Under the pieces are notes generated by a model that was not told where the DNA came from, searched no databases, and saw only the letters and a list, made by a program, of their open reading frames with translations. The translations under genes and the position numbers were made by a program. Below are positions 18,734-29,311 of a DNA stretch of 44,095 nt, piece after piece (within the stretch, counting starts at the first letter, position 1; every line of letters begins with the position of its first letter). Source of the DNA: Acidimicrobiales bacterium (GTDB lineage Bacteria; Actinomycetota; Acidimicrobiia; Acidimicrobiales; RAAP-2); NCBI GenBank assembly GCA_038323435.1, contig JBBQGY010000001.1:1-44095 (forward strand), in the 5' to 3' direction.

Positions 18734-19039
18734 ATGTCGGAATGGATCGATTTCTTGCCCGTCGCACGAGAAAACTTTTGCTCCACGATGACCGACAACG
18801 AAAAGGAAGCGCGGCAACGTCACGTGCCTCGATTGAGCGACCTAGTACGCGGGGGAAATTTGATTGTGGCCGGACCAACGCGGGGAAGGATCAATACGGG
18901 AATCGGTATCGTCGAGGCCGCGACCGGGGACGCAAAGCTCGACATAATGAAGGCCATTCCAACAATTATGAGCGGCTTTGCTACGGGAGAGCTCCAACCA
19001 TTTCGCGCCACCTTCACACGGGGACGAGAGAACTCGTGA
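18734..19039 (+). CDS. YciI-like protein
   Basis: MSEWI.FL...RENF..TMT..E.....H...L..L...G.LIVAGPT.G..NTGI.I.EA; start placed at ATG 18734. Confidence 0.65.
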   Translation: MSEWIDFLPVARENFCSTMTDNEKEARQRHVPRLSDLVRGGNLIVAGPTRGRINTGIGIVEAATGDAKLDIMKAIPTIMSGFATGELQPFRATFTRGRENS

Positions 19040-19779
19040 ACCACCTCGAACATTGTGACGCCGTGGAAATCGAAGTCGAACGGTTCACCACCGTTCTCGC
19101 GGCCGGCTCGATGGACGCACCCGTGACCGGTTGCCCGGGATGGGACGTTCGCGACGTGGCGGTGCATGTGGGCAAGGTGCATCGCTGGGCGACCGAGCTC
19201 GTTCGTCGAGAAGCACGCCAACGAATGACCATGAAGGAACTCGGTGTGGAGGCGGGCGATGGGTCACCCCAATGGATCAGTGAGGGCGGACTGCGACTCG
19301 TCGAAACGCTTCGCCACGCCAACCCCGATGACCCGATGTGGGCAATGGCATCTGATCAGCGTGTCCGGTACTGGTCGCGACGCCAACTGCACGAAACGCT
19401 GGTGCACCGAATGGACATCGAACTGGCCGCCGGGATTGAACCTGATGGCGCGCCTGACGTAGCGGTTGACGCAATTGACGAAATCCTCGAGAAACTCTCA
19501 GACGCCGGACGCTTTGCTTCCGTCACCGGACCACGTGGAGTGAGCGAGCGGCTCGGTATTCGAGAACTCGATTCTGGAACTCGATGGACGGTCACGATCC
19601 ACGGCGAAGGTTTTGATGTCGCTCACGGTGGCGCGGACGTCGACGCCGAAATCAGTGGACACGCAAACGATCTCTTGCTCGCGATCTATCGTCGTCGCAA
19701 TCTTGGCGAGCGCGGCGTCACGGTCGAAGGCGACGTGCGGGTGGCCAATCACTGGTGGGCGCACTCGGCATTTGACTAG
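19036..19779 (+). CDS. Mycothiol-dependent maleylpyruvate isomerase (MDMPI/DinB) family protein
   Basis: PV.GCPGWDV.D...H.G.VHRWA, W.RRQLHET.VHR.D, DAIDE; GTG 19036 overlaps the upstream stop. Confidence 0.88.
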   Translation: MNHLEHCDAVEIEVERFTTVLAAGSMDAPVTGCPGWDVRDVAVHVGKVHRWATELVRREARQRMTMKELGVEAGDGSPQWISEGGLRLVETLRHANPDDPMWAMASDQRVRYWSRRQLHETLVHRMDIELAAGIEPDGAPDVAVDAIDEILEKLSDAGRFASVTGPRGVSERLGIRELDSGTRWTVTIHGEGFDVAHGGADVDAEISGHANDLLLAIYRRRNLGERGVTVEGDVRVANHWWAHSAFD

Positions 19780-19876
19780 CTGCGAGAAAGTACGGACGTA
19801 TTCGACCTCGGTCAGTGCAGAACTAAGGTTGTTCGTGGCAGGTAGCCATTATTCCACGAAGCAAAGAAGGTCCTAA

Positions 19877-21331
19877 TTGAATGAGCTCTCGATACCAAAA
19901 CGCGTCGTATTTCTGGGATGTGGATCGGTGGCCCAGTGTCTGCTTCCACTCCTGATCGACCATTTTGGCTTGGAACCTTCGACAGTGAAGGTCATTGAGA
20001 GTCGTAACAATCGCGACCGAATCACCTCATCGATTGCCAAAGGTGTGCAGTACCTTCAATTGGATATCACTCGGGAGAATCTCGCCGAGGTGTTGGCCCA
20101 CAATCTCGGTAACGGTGACCTCTTGATAGACCTGGCCTGGAACATTGACCTCACCGAGTTGCTCGACTGGTGCCGTGACCACAATGTCCGCTACCTCAAT
20201 ACATCCATTGAAGTATGGGATCCCTACCTGGACCCCGCCAGCACGTCGCCCCAAGAGCGCACGCTCTACTACCGTCATATGGCACTGCGGCGCCAACTCC
20301 AGCGGTGGGGGCGAAATGATGGCCCGTCGGCCGTCGTCGAACACGGGGCAAATCCGGGACTCGTCAGCCACTTCACGAAGCAGGCGCTCGTCGACATCGC
20401 GAACGCGGTGGTTCGCGACGGCCTTCTCTCTGATCGACACGATGCGCTCAACGAAGCGATCCAGTCCGGTCAGTTCAATGTGCTGTCGCAACTGCTCGGC
20501 GTAAAGTCGATTCACATTGCCGAACGCGACACGCAGATCAGCGATCGACCGAAGCAACCGGGTGAATTCGTCAACACGTGGAGCGTGGACGGCTTCTACG
20601 AAGAAGGAGTGGCACCCGCCGAGATGGGTTGGGGAACGCACGAAAAAACGCTTCCGGCGCTGGCACTCTCGCACGACGGTGAAGGGCCCCGCAACCAGAT
20701 CTGTCTCGCTCAGATGGCCCATAAGACGTTGGTACGTTCGTGCGTACCGTCGGGCCCCATCGTGGGCATGGTCATTCGACACGGCGAAGCATTCACTATT
20801 TGTGATCACCTCACGGTCTGGGACGGCGACGAGGCGATCTATCGTCCCACGGTGCACTACGCCTACTGTCCGGGCGACGCCGCGTGGGCCAGTTTTGTGG
20901 AATTGGAGGGTGCTCAGTACGTCTATCCGGACAACCAACGGATCATGAATGATGAGATCATTTCGGGCCGCGACGAACTCGGCGTTCTCGTTATGGGACA
21001 TCCCTACAAGGCGTGGTGGACCGGCATGCTCACCTCCATTGAAGAGGCCCGTGCCACTGCGCCGCACCAGAGTGCCACCACCGTTCAGGTCGCTGCGTCA
21101 ATTCTGGGCGCCGTCGACTGGTTGCTTCGCTCGCCGTCAGAGGGTGTACGCGTTCCCGATGAACTCCCGTGGAACGACGTCATCGCGGTAGCAACGCCCT
21201 ACGTCGGTACGACGTGGTCGGGACCACTCGACTGGGATCCGGTCTCCACAAGGGCGGACTGGTTCGATCAGTGGTCGGGCCGCGAGTTCGATCACGATGA
21301 CGTGTGGCAGTTCACGAACTTCCAGGCGTGA
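19877..21331 (+). CDS. hss: Homospermidine synthase (saccharopine dehydrogenase fold)
   Basis: Rossmann LGCGSV, GANPGLVS.F.KQAL, IHIAERDTQ, EFVNTWSVDGF..EG..PAE.GWGTHEK, H.EA.TI, YRPTVHYAY.P, G.DELGVL, ATT.QV. Confidence 0.9.
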   Translation: MNELSIPKRVVFLGCGSVAQCLLPLLIDHFGLEPSTVKVIESRNNRDRITSSIAKGVQYLQLDITRENLAEVLAHNLGNGDLLIDLAWNIDLTELLDWCRDHNVRYLNTSIEVWDPYLDPASTSPQERTLYYRHMALRRQLQRWGRNDGPSAVVEHGANPGLVSHFTKQALVDIANAVVRDGLLSDRHDALNEAIQSGQFNVLSQLLGVKSIHIAERDTQISDRPKQPGEFVNTWSVDGFYEEGVAPAEMGWGTHEKTLPALALSHDGEGPRNQICLAQMAHKTLVRSCVPSGPIVGMVIRHGEAFTICDHLTVWDGDEAIYRPTVHYAYCPGDAAWASFVELEGAQYVYPDNQRIMNDEIISGRDELGVLVMGHPYKAWWTGMLTSIEEARATAPHQSATTVQVAASILGAVDWLLRSPSEGVRVPDELPWNDVIAVATPYVGTTWSGPLDWDPVSTRADWFDQWSGREFDHDDVWQFTNFQA

Positions 21332-21491
21332 GACGGTACTGCTGCTGAGCAGCGAGGCGGTGCGTGGAGCATCCGTCGTCGTACGATAACGCTGTCACCG
21401 AAGTGAATTCGACATAGCCCGTGACCCATTTCTGGGTGACGCGATCCCAGAATCTTTGTACTCCAGGGGAGCCGTTCGTTAAGGTTGAGTC

Positions 21492-22235
21492 ATGCCACTC
21501 GACGTACAGACCTATCTCAATGGAATCATTGAACACAGTGAGCAAACTGCAATCAGTGCAGTAGGAGCGCTCGACAAGCCCGTGCTGCATTGTCCCGGTT
21601 GGAACGTCCGAGAGTTACTCGATCACTTGATCGAAGTGCACTTGTTTTGGGCCACCATCGTCGAACAACAACTCCAGGAGCCGCCGGCCGAGGGCCAACG
21701 TGTTCGGGCGCCCGAAAGTGAAGTCATTGCGCGTTTTCTCGACGGAGCGCGCCATATGGTCCGGGTACTTAAGAACGCAAACCAGGAAGCACCAGTTTGG
21801 ACCTGGGCGCCTACTCAGCTTGACGTTGCTTTCATTACTCGCCATCAAATACAAGAGAGTGCGGTGCACCATTGGGATACGGCGAACGCTGCCGGTTCTG
21901 CATTCACCCTTAGTAGTGCGGTGGCGTGCGACGCAATTGACGAGTTCTTGACCTTTTCGGTAGCGAGCGAAAGCTATCCAGCACCCGATGGCCGTCCGGC
22001 AATCGGCGGAGCGCTCGGGCTGCAATGTTCTGACGTCGACGAAAGGTGGACCGTGCGCGATGGCGACGTTCCACGAACTATTTCATTCACGCACGGAGTT
22101 GATGAAGGCGTCCCGACGATCACGGCGACGAGCACTGAGTTCCTGCTGTGGCTCTTTGGACGAGTCGAGTTGGCGGCCAGTTCCGATGCAGCAGAACGTG
22201 CGCAACGATTTCGTGCTAACTGCTATACCGACTAA
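21492..22235 (+). CDS. MDMPI family mycothiol-dependent enzyme
   Basis: PV.HCPGWNV..L..HL..VH.FWA, F..RHQ.QE.AVH.WD, DAIDEFL. Confidence 0.87.
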   Translation: MPLDVQTYLNGIIEHSEQTAISAVGALDKPVLHCPGWNVRELLDHLIEVHLFWATIVEQQLQEPPAEGQRVRAPESEVIARFLDGARHMVRVLKNANQEAPVWTWAPTQLDVAFITRHQIQESAVHHWDTANAAGSAFTLSSAVACDAIDEFLTFSVASESYPAPDGRPAIGGALGLQCSDVDERWTVRDGDVPRTISFTHGVDEGVPTITATSTEFLLWLFGRVELAASSDAAERAQRFRANCYTD

Positions 22236-22300
22236 TCGACTTCACTGCGTTGCTTTCGCCAACTAGCGCTCGCAATGTCGGGCCAAATTAGAATGAACTA

Positions 22301-22693
22301 ATGCCCATTGCCCTCGTAAGTCTTCTCGTGCGCGATCATGACGAGGCGATTGATTTCTTCGTGAAAATGCTGGGCTTCATTCTCGTCGAAGATGCGCCGT
22401 CAACCGGTGATGACGGTCAACCGAAACGGTGGGTGGTTGTGCGACCGCCCGACGCCGAAACCGGACTACTACTGAGTGAGGCGAACGGTGAAGAACAGGC
22501 TGCGCTCGTTGGGCGCCAATTCGCCAGTCGCGTTGGGTTCATATTGCGCGTGCTCGATTTTGAGGCGTCCTACGAGCAGTTGACGGAGCGTGGCGTGCAG
22601 TTTGTTCGAGGACCTCGCACCGAACCCTACGGCAAAGTGGCGATATTTGTTGACATTTCGGGTAACAAGTGGGACCTCATCGGACCGCTGTAA
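22301..22693 (+). CDS. VOC (glyoxalase/bleomycin resistance) family protein
   Basis: V.D.DEAI.FF...LGF.L.ED..KRWVVV.PP...GV.F...PR.EPYG.VA.F.D..GN.WDL. Confidence 0.9.
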   Translation: MPIALVSLLVRDHDEAIDFFVKMLGFILVEDAPSTGDDGQPKRWVVVRPPDAETGLLLSEANGEEQAALVGRQFASRVGFILRVLDFEASYEQLTERGVQFVRGPRTEPYGKVAIFVDISGNKWDLIGPL

Positions 22694-22748
22694 CTCGCTC
22701 GCGGACTAACGAACGAATAGTGCGACGGAGATATCGCGCACGTCGGGG

Positions 22749-23114
22749 TTACGGGGCAGGTTCGAAGTGCGGGTTGAAAACGAAACCGACGACGTGGGCG
22801 TCGGACGTTGTTATGGATCCAAGCACGATGCCATCGCCTACGTCGTGTGCCGCTTCACGAACTTCCGCGCCAAGCGACTGCGCGTGAGCGATAGCGCTCC
22901 CGACGTCATCGACGGCCCAGTACGTCGTGGAACCTGATGGAGGGTTGCCATCGGGGACGAGTCCAAGTTCGTATCCGCCAACATTGAATCCCACGTAAAA
23001 CGGCTCGTCGAAATATGGTGCGAATCCGAGGAAGTCGGACCACCACGAACGGGCGCGCTGGAGGTCCAGCACGGGGTAGACAATGGTGCGAAGTCCCTGA
23101 AGTGTGTGGCTCAT
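22749..23114 (-). CDS. VOC family protein
   Basis: GLRT.VYPV.DL..A..W....LG.APYFDEPFYVGFNVGGYELGL.PD..YW.VDD..DVGDGI; ATG 23114. Confidence 0.88.
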   Translation of the reverse strand: MSHTLQGLRTIVYPVLDLQRARSWWSDFLGFAPYFDEPFYVGFNVGGYELGLVPDGNPPSGSTTYWAVDDVGSAIAHAQSLGAEVREAAHDVGDGIVLGSITTSDAHVVGFVFNPHFEPAP

Positions 23115-23173
23115 CGGATTACGGTAGCAAATTGGTTGTGGCCTTTGTAAAGTCGTTCGGGGAGGTAGCACGA

Positions 23174-23440
23174 GTGAAAATACATTCTCGAAATCGCCTA
23201 GAAGATTTACCGGGCGTGGGCAGGGCAATTGCCGACGACCTTCGACGCCTGGGTGTACACCTGCCGGATGATCTCGTTAATCGAGACCCCGAGGAACTCT
23301 TTGGTCAACTCGTTGAACTTGATGGTCCGACTGATCGTTGTGTTCTCTACACATTTCGAGGATCTCGTTACTTTGTCGTCACTCACGACGACGACATTGA
23401 ACCGGAGCTGCTGCACTGGTGGCGTTGGAAGGGTGAGTGA
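23174..23440 (+). CDS. Helix-hairpin-helix protein, Cdd1/mitomycin-resistance-like family
   Basis: L.DLPGVG.AIA.DL..LG....DL...DPEEL...L...D.CVLY.FR...WW.WK; GGAGG at 23161, GTG 23174. Confidence 0.8.
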   Translation: MKIHSRNRLEDLPGVGRAIADDLRRLGVHLPDDLVNRDPEELFGQLVELDGPTDRCVLYTFRGSRYFVVTHDDDIEPELLHWWRWKGE

Positions 23441-23506
23441 GTCGATCACACTTTCGTCAGAGGCTCCACGAGTCTGATTCGCTTTTAAGTAGTGAAGTCG
23501 CCGTCG

Positions 23507-24097
23507 TTATCGCTTGCGACAGACGAGTTCGCCAGTACCGATCGGAACGACCATTGCGTCAACTCGCGGGTCGTCGAGTGCTCGCTCAATCATGACGTTG
23601 AGTTCCGCGCGGTGGCTAATCGCGTTGTCGGCAATGAGGATGCCACCCGTCACCAATTTGGGGACAATGGCTTCGTAACATGCTTCGTATACTTCTTTCT
23701 CGGCGTCGAGGAAACAGAATGCAATATTCTCAACTTCACCGACGAGTGTGAAAAAGTCGGACTCAACGAATGTCACCACGTCGAGTACCTCTGCGAGATC
23801 AAAAGTTTCGCGCGCGAGTCGCGCCTTCGCGGGAAGAATCTCAAAAGTGGTGAGCGTACGACCGGTAGCCCGACAGGCGAGCGATAGCCAAAGTGTGGAG
23901 TAGCCGGCGCTCGTCCCGATCTCCACGATGGCGCCGGGTGGCGCACTGGCGGCCCACAGCGCAATAAATTGCCCAGTTTCTGGCGGTACTTGGCGAAGGC
24001 GTTCGAACCGGGGCGTGTCGTCGTGACGATCGAGCGCGTCGAGTCGCTCGAGATCGCGCATTCGGGCGGTGACGGACTTTGGAATGTCGTGGAACAT
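23507..24097 (-). CDS. Class I SAM-dependent O-methyltransferase
   Basis: [34 protein letters not shown]. Confidence 0.88.
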   Translation of the reverse strand: MFHDIPKSVTARMRDLERLDALDRHDDTPRFERLRQVPPETGQFIALWAASAPPGAIVEIGTSAGYSTLWLSLACRATGRTLTTFEILPAKARLARETFDLAEVLDVVTFVESDFFTLVGEVENIAFCFLDAEKEVYEACYEAIVPKLVTGGILIADNAISHRAELNVMIERALDDPRVDAMVVPIGTGELVCRKR

Positions 24098-24140
24098 TGA
24101 ATCTCCTTGAACTGATTAGTGAAATTTCTGAATGCTGGAA

Positions 24141-25619
24141 TCATCCCCGCGTCGCAGGCCGAAACGTTGGTACGAGCGCGCTGCTCTCATTCAACGCCAA
24201 TGTTGTTTCAAACATGTGAGCGACTGCCAGTAGTGCGGCTTCAGAGCCCGGACGTCCCACGATCGATAGACCAACGGGCAGTCCGTCCACCAGCCCCATC
24301 GGGACGGTGGCGATTGGCCAACCGGCAATTGCCGGAGCCTGGGTGACGGGTGACCCGGGCGCGCCGCCACTGCCACCAATTACGAGATCGTTCTTCCATG
24401 CGGGTGCGTAGCTTGGCGCGATAAAGCAGTCGGCGTCGGCGAGCGCCAACGCAAGACACTCCGTGGCCCACGCCAAGTTGCGGGCGCGTGCATCCTTATA
24501 CGAATTTCCCGCTCGGCCACCGGTGGCGAGGGATTGTACGAGATATTCGTGTCCGAAGTACGGCAACTCAACGTCGGCGTGCACGTCCTCAAATCCAATG
24601 ACGTCGGCGAGCGTGAGCGGTCCATTTCCGCCGCGACGGGTCAGGAAGGCCGAGAGGTCGTCGGCCATTTCGCATAGCATGACCGTCAGCTCGTCGGCCC
24701 CAATCTTCTCGTTGGGTTCGGCGACCGTTATGTTGACCGTCTCGATTCCCGCGTCATTCGCACGCTGCACCGCTGAGCGAAAAATCTCGTCGGTCGCGCC
24801 GTGATCGGTCATGTAGTTTGTCGCGACCGCAATACGAACGTCGTGGACGCCGCGCTCCATTCGCTCCACCACTGCGCCGGTACCTGTGAGAACCTCGTAG
24901 AGAGCAGCGGTGTCGAGTACGGAGCGCGCCATTGGACCGGCGGAATCCTGGCTGGCGGAGATCGGCACGATTCCTTCTCCGGGCAGTGTGCCGACCGCAG
25001 GCTTGAGTCCGACGACGCCATTGAGTGACGCGGGACACGCAATTGAACCGTCCGTCTCAGTTCCAATCGCGAGGGGCGTGAGTCGAGCCGCCAGCGCAGC
25101 GCCCGACCCGGACGACGATCCTCCCGCGCAGCGATCAAGTTGGTAGGGATTCGCTGTCAGTCCGCCAACGGCTGACCATCCACTCGTCGAATGAGGCGAG
25201 CGCAAATTTGCCCACTGTGAAAGGTTGGTCGCGCCAAAAATAATGAGTCCGGCTTCACGGATTCGCGCGGCCAACGGTGAATCATGCACCACGGGTCGTC
25301 CGAGCAACGCAGTTGAGCCGGCGGTGCCGGGAAGGCCGACGGCCTCGATGTTGTCCTTCACGAGAATGGGAATACCGTGCAGCCGACTGCGAAGGGTGCC
25401 GTTGGCCCGTTCATCATCGGCTCGTTGGGCCGCGTCGAGGGCGTCGGGCGCGAGTGCGAGAATGCTGCGGAGTTCGATGTCGGTACCAGGTTCGTCAATC
25501 AGTGCAACGCGCTCCACGAGCGCCGAGAGAATATCCACCGACGTCGTGTCGCCGGCGTCGAGGGCGGCACTTAGTTCACTCGCAGAGGCTCCGCAGAGCT
25601 CTCCGTTCGACAACGTCAT
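24141..25619 (-). CDS. Amidase signature family enzyme
   Basis: LHGIPILVKDNI, GGSSSGSG, IGTETDGSI.CPAS.NG.VG.KP (Ser-cisSer-Lys); GGAGG RBS. Confidence 0.92.
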   Translation of the reverse strand: MTLSNGELCGASASELSAALDAGDTTSVDILSALVERVALIDEPGTDIELRSILALAPDALDAAQRADDERANGTLRSRLHGIPILVKDNIEAVGLPGTAGSTALLGRPVVHDSPLAARIREAGLIIFGATNLSQWANLRSPHSTSGWSAVGGLTANPYQLDRCAGGSSSGSGAALAARLTPLAIGTETDGSIACPASLNGVVGLKPAVGTLPGEGIVPISASQDSAGPMARSVLDTAALYEVLTGTGAVVERMERGVHDVRIAVATNYMTDHGATDEIFRSAVQRANDAGIETVNITVAEPNEKIGADELTVMLCEMADDLSAFLTRRGGNGPLTLADVIGFEDVHADVELPYFGHEYLVQSLATGGRAGNSYKDARARNLAWATECLALALADADCFIAPSYAPAWKNDLVIGGSGGAPGSPVTQAPAIAGWPIATVPMGLVDGLPVGLSIVGRPGSEAALLAVAHMFETTLALNESSALVPTFRPATRG

Positions 25620-25971
25620 TGTGCCTCCCCAGTCGCGTCGAGGCTAACACTGCAAGTTGACGAAGGATCCGTAGTGGGCCTCGATGATACGGCGAGCCAC
25701 CGGCGAGCGCTCCACGTTCGAGCCTTAATACCCACTGCTCTTCGGACTTGACTCAGATGGAAATGAGGGGGTACTCGATGCCACGCCGTCGCTCGTTTGG
25801 CTGCAAAATGTACCGATAAATGACTCGACGAAGTGGATCGGACTCTCCAGTGCGAATGATGTTGGGTTGAACGTCACAACAATGGCTTCGGCGCTCATCG
25901 TAGATGAAGACTCGTTTAGTTGGAAATGCGAGACTCGGGCATCTTCGCGGTGACGAGTAAAGAGGGCGAGC

Positions 25972-26556
25972 ATGCAATTGGCCTATCCGGTGACGACCGA
26001 ACGACTGATAATTCGACCGCTAACGGGCGACGATCTTGCGCGCCACGATGCGATGTTTTCGAATCCCGATGTCGTTCGCTTCCTGTACGAAGATCCGTTT
26101 AATCTTCAAGGAGCCGAGGAACACCTTTCACGCCGGTGCAAGGTCGACCTCCCCCAGGACGGCGAGTGGCTCAATCTAGGTGTCGAAGTGGCGGGACATG
26201 GTGTCCTCATCGGTGAGATCGGTCTCGCAATGATGAGCGAGATGAATCGAGGCTGTGAAATTGGCTATGTCTTTGATCCAATATTCTCGGGACACGGCTA
26301 CGCTACCGAGGCAGCGGCGTTCGTGGTTGAGGTCGCGTTCACTGTCCTGAACGCACATCGAGTCAGTGCCTGTCTTGATGCGCGCAACTTCGCGTCACAA
26401 CGTCTCTTAGAGCGCCTGGGCATGCGACGAGAGGGCCACTTGAAGGAGAACGAGTACGTGAAGGGCGAGTGGACCGATGAAGCGATTTACGCAACTCTCG
26501 AAGACGAGTGGCGAACGCGCCAGAGCCCGTCAAAGCCCATAATTCTTCGTACTTGA
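25972..26556 (+). CDS. GNAT acetyltransferase, RimJ/RimL-like
   Basis: TERL.IRP, EIGYVF.P...G.GYATEAA, DARN.AS..LLERLGMRREGH..EN...KGEWTD. Confidence 0.9.
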   Translation: MQLAYPVTTERLIIRPLTGDDLARHDAMFSNPDVVRFLYEDPFNLQGAEEHLSRRCKVDLPQDGEWLNLGVEVAGHGVLIGEIGLAMMSEMNRGCEIGYVFDPIFSGHGYATEAAAFVVEVAFTVLNAHRVSACLDARNFASQRLLERLGMRREGHLKENEYVKGEWTDEAIYATLEDEWRTRQSPSKPIILRT

Positions 26557-26721
26557 TCGCGTTCACTAGAACCGGCCGCGGACGAGCCAGCGGCCCCGAT
26601 TGTGAAGAAAGCACCACGTTCGCGGAGCTCTCTTCATTGGCGACTTTCAAGTGTCGGGTCACAATTGGTCGAGCCATAGGGTGGAGTTAGTCGACGACCA
26701 GCGGATCTACAGAGGAGACTT

Positions 26722-27651
26722 ATGAGAATTGCCGAGGACATCACGCAACTCGTTGGGGGTACACCACTTGTGCGCCTTCGAAACATCATTCCCGCACACG
26801 GGGCACAGATTCTCGCCAAACTCGAATTTTTCAACCCGGGTGGCAGCGTGAAGGATCGAATTGCGGTCTCGATGATCGACGCCGCCGAAAAGCAGGGGCT
26901 TCTTGAGCCGGGGGCGACCGTGGTCGAACCAACAAGCGGTAACACCGGCATCGCACTCGCGATGGTATGTGCGGCGCGGGGCTATCACTCGATTTTCACA
27001 ATGCCCGAGACCATGAGCGAAGAGCGACGAATGCTGCTGCGAGGGTTCGGCGCGCAACTCGTGCTCACTCCTGGCCCTGATGGCATGGGAGGTGCAATTG
27101 CCAAGGCGAAGGAGATTGCCGACGAAGGCGGTTTCTTCATGCCCCAGCAGTTCGAGAACTCAGCGAATCCCGCGATTCATCGACGCACGACCGCCGAAGA
27201 GATTTGGAACGACACTGACGGCACCGTCGACATTTTCATTGCGGGGGTTGGTACGGGGGGCACGATCACTGGAGTTGGTGAGGTGCTGAAGCAGCGCAAG
27301 CCCGAAGTGCGAATTATTGCCGTTGAGCCCGCCGCGTCACCCGTGCTTGCAGGTGGCGTTAAGGGCCCTCACCCGATTCAGGGCATCGGCGCCGGATTCA
27401 TCCCGAAAATCATGGATATGTCAATCGTCGACGAGATCATTGAGGTTGAGAACGAGGACGCGTTTTCGACTGCGCGATCGATGGCGACGCGCGAGGGTCT
27501 CCTCGTCGGAATATCCTCCGGCGCGGCGACGTGGGCCGCGCTGCAAGTAGCGGCACGACCAGAGAATGAGGGTAAGACGATCGTTGTCATCATCCCGTCG
27601 TTCGGCGAGCGGTATCTTTCAACTGCTCTATTCGCGGGCCTCGGCGACTAA
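26722..27651 (+). CDS. cysK: Cysteine synthase A (O-acetylserine sulfhydrylase)
   Basis: [59 protein letters not shown]; GAGGAG RBS. Confidence 0.96.
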   Translation: MRIAEDITQLVGGTPLVRLRNIIPAHGAQILAKLEFFNPGGSVKDRIAVSMIDAAEKQGLLEPGATVVEPTSGNTGIALAMVCAARGYHSIFTMPETMSEERRMLLRGFGAQLVLTPGPDGMGGAIAKAKEIADEGGFFMPQQFENSANPAIHRRTTAEEIWNDTDGTVDIFIAGVGTGGTITGVGEVLKQRKPEVRIIAVEPAASPVLAGGVKGPHPIQGIGAGFIPKIMDMSIVDEIIEVENEDAFSTARSMATREGLLVGISSGAATWAALQVAARPENEGKTIVVIIPSFGERYLSTALFAGLGD

Positions 27652-27653
27652 TC

Positions 27654-28262
27654 ATGTGGCATACGCTTCAACACGACGTTGACGTCGTGCTCGAACGAGA
27701 TCCCGCTGCTCGCACCAGACTCGACGTCGTTCTCACCTATCCGGGGCTGCACGCACTATGGGGTCACCGCCTCGCGCATTCGCTGTGGGAGATGAAGTTG
27801 GAGTTGCTGGCGCGAGTCGTGGCATCACTGGTTCGCGTCGTGACGGGCGTGGACATTCATCCGGCGGCGGTGATTGGTCAAGGTCTCTTTATGGATCACG
27901 CCACCGGCGTCGTAGTTGGTGAGACTGCAGTCATTGGCGACGACGTGACGATGTACCACGCAGTGACGCTCGGTGGCCTCACCCTCAACAAGGGCAAGCG
28001 ACACCCCACAGTTGGGAACCGCGTGATGATTGGTGCAGGTGCGAAAATACTCGGGCCGGTCACGATTGGCGACGACAGCCGAATTGGCGCGAACGCAGTA
28101 GTGGTTCACGATGTACCAGCGGGCAGCGTCATCGTGGGAGTGCCGGGACGGCGTTTGGCGCCCGAGGGTCACGTCGCCGGACCGGACGAAGTAGTGAACT
28201 TAATGGGTCGAGTGGAAGAGCTTGAGCGCCAAGCAGTCGCGGACCAGGATTACACGATTTAG
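27654..28262 (+). CDS. cysE: Serine O-acetyltransferase
   Basis: RDPAAR, YPGLHA...[34 protein letters not shown], hexapeptide repeats. Confidence 0.95.
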   Translation: MWHTLQHDVDVVLERDPAARTRLDVVLTYPGLHALWGHRLAHSLWEMKLELLARVVASLVRVVTGVDIHPAAVIGQGLFMDHATGVVVGETAVIGDDVTMYHAVTLGGLTLNKGKRHPTVGNRVMIGAGAKILGPVTIGDDSRIGANAVVVHDVPAGSVIVGVPGRRLAPEGHVAGPDEVVNLMGRVEELERQAVADQDYTI

Positions 28263-28313
28263 GGTACTCATCGCGGCGCCGACGATGGAGTTAAGTCGCC
28301 CTACAGTTTGTAC

Positions 28314-28727
28314 ATGGAACCAGGTGGCTCGTTGCTCGTTTACGACCGCGATTGTGAATTCTGTACTCGTTCGGCCCATTGGATTGAAATGCGCTGGCCT
28401 ACGCACACCGCGTCGGTCGTCGCCAGCCAGCAGATGGCGGATTCGGATCTCGAACTGGCGGGTCTCAGCCGAGACGACGTACAACGAGCCGCGTGGTGGA
28501 TCGCTCCCGATGGGCTGTACGGCGGTCACCTCGCGGTCGCTCGAGCGCTCGCGAACTGCGGGGGAGCCGTAGGCCGTCTGGGTTCGTTGCTAACAGCGCC
28601 TCCGTTTCGGTGGCTGGCAAGGCCAACGTACGCGGCGATTGCGCGCCATCGCCATCGCATGCCGGGCGCAAAACCGACGTGTCGATTGGTACATCCGTCG
28701 GCAGAATCCAATGAAACTGAAGGGTAG
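28314..28727 (+). CDS. DCC1-like thiol-disulfide oxidoreductase (DUF393)
   Basis: LVYD.DC.FC (DxxCxxC), Y..IA..R.R.PG...TC. Confidence 0.85.
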   Translation: MEPGGSLLVYDRDCEFCTRSAHWIEMRWPTHTASVVASQQMADSDLELAGLSRDDVQRAAWWIAPDGLYGGHLAVARALANCGGAVGRLGSLLTAPPFRWLARPTYAAIARHRHRMPGAKPTCRLVHPSAESNETEG

Positions 28728-28765
28728 GACCCTTCGGGTGGTGACAGGCGCCCTAGTCTGGCGCA

Positions 28766-29254
28766 ATGGAATTCCGAGAAAAGAGTAGGGAAGAACTCGC
28801 GGCGTGGCTCCCGTCAATGTGGGAGAACCACATCAACGATCGTCGTGACGCGGGCGAGGATATGGATTCATTGCGTCACGAAGTCGCCGCGCAACACGAA
28901 CTGCTTTTTCCGGGAGTAGAGTTGGCCGATGGTCAACACGTAATGACTATCGTCGCGGGTGAAAACGAAGTAGGCACTATTTGGCTAGGCCGTCCGTTCA
29001 CTGGATCGACCGATTCGTGGTTTATCTACGGAATTGATATAGATCGTCACTTACGCAGTCAGGGGTACGGTCGCGCGGCGATGGAGACAGCCGAAGGTTG
29101 GGCGCTCGAGCACGGTGGTACTCGACTCGCACTTAACGTCTTTGCGACCAACGCAGCGGCGCGGGGTCTTTACGATTCACTCGGCTATCAAGTATTTTCA
29201 ACGTCGATGTTTAAGGACGTGGTAGCCAGAGAACTCGAAACGTTCGACATCTGA
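28766..29254 (+). CDS. GNAT acetyltransferase
   Basis: VG.IW, FIY.I.I....R.QGYGRAAM, LNVF..N..A..LY.SLGY. Confidence 0.88.
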   Translation: MEFREKSREELAAWLPSMWENHINDRRDAGEDMDSLRHEVAAQHELLFPGVELADGQHVMTIVAGENEVGTIWLGRPFTGSTDSWFIYGIDIDRHLRSQGYGRAAMETAEGWALEHGGTRLALNVFATNAAARGLYDSLGYQVFSTSMFKDVVARELETFDI

Positions 29255-29311
29255 TCGGTGCGTGCATAAAAATTGTAAGGACGAATTGATCGTCGCACGA
29301 CGTGGTCGCAG

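Noticed and set aside
20027-21067. 346-aa antisense ORF over hss
   Set aside because: Shadow ORF entirely within a well-supported gene.
13384-21410. Shared intergenic 11-mer GAAGTGAATTC (13384 and 21400) as a cassette recombination site
   Set aside because: Only two copies seen; chance 11-mer matches are expected in 44 kb.
26557-26721. Poly-cysteine leader peptide upstream of cysK-cysE
   Set aside because: No run of TGT/TGC codons in the leader.
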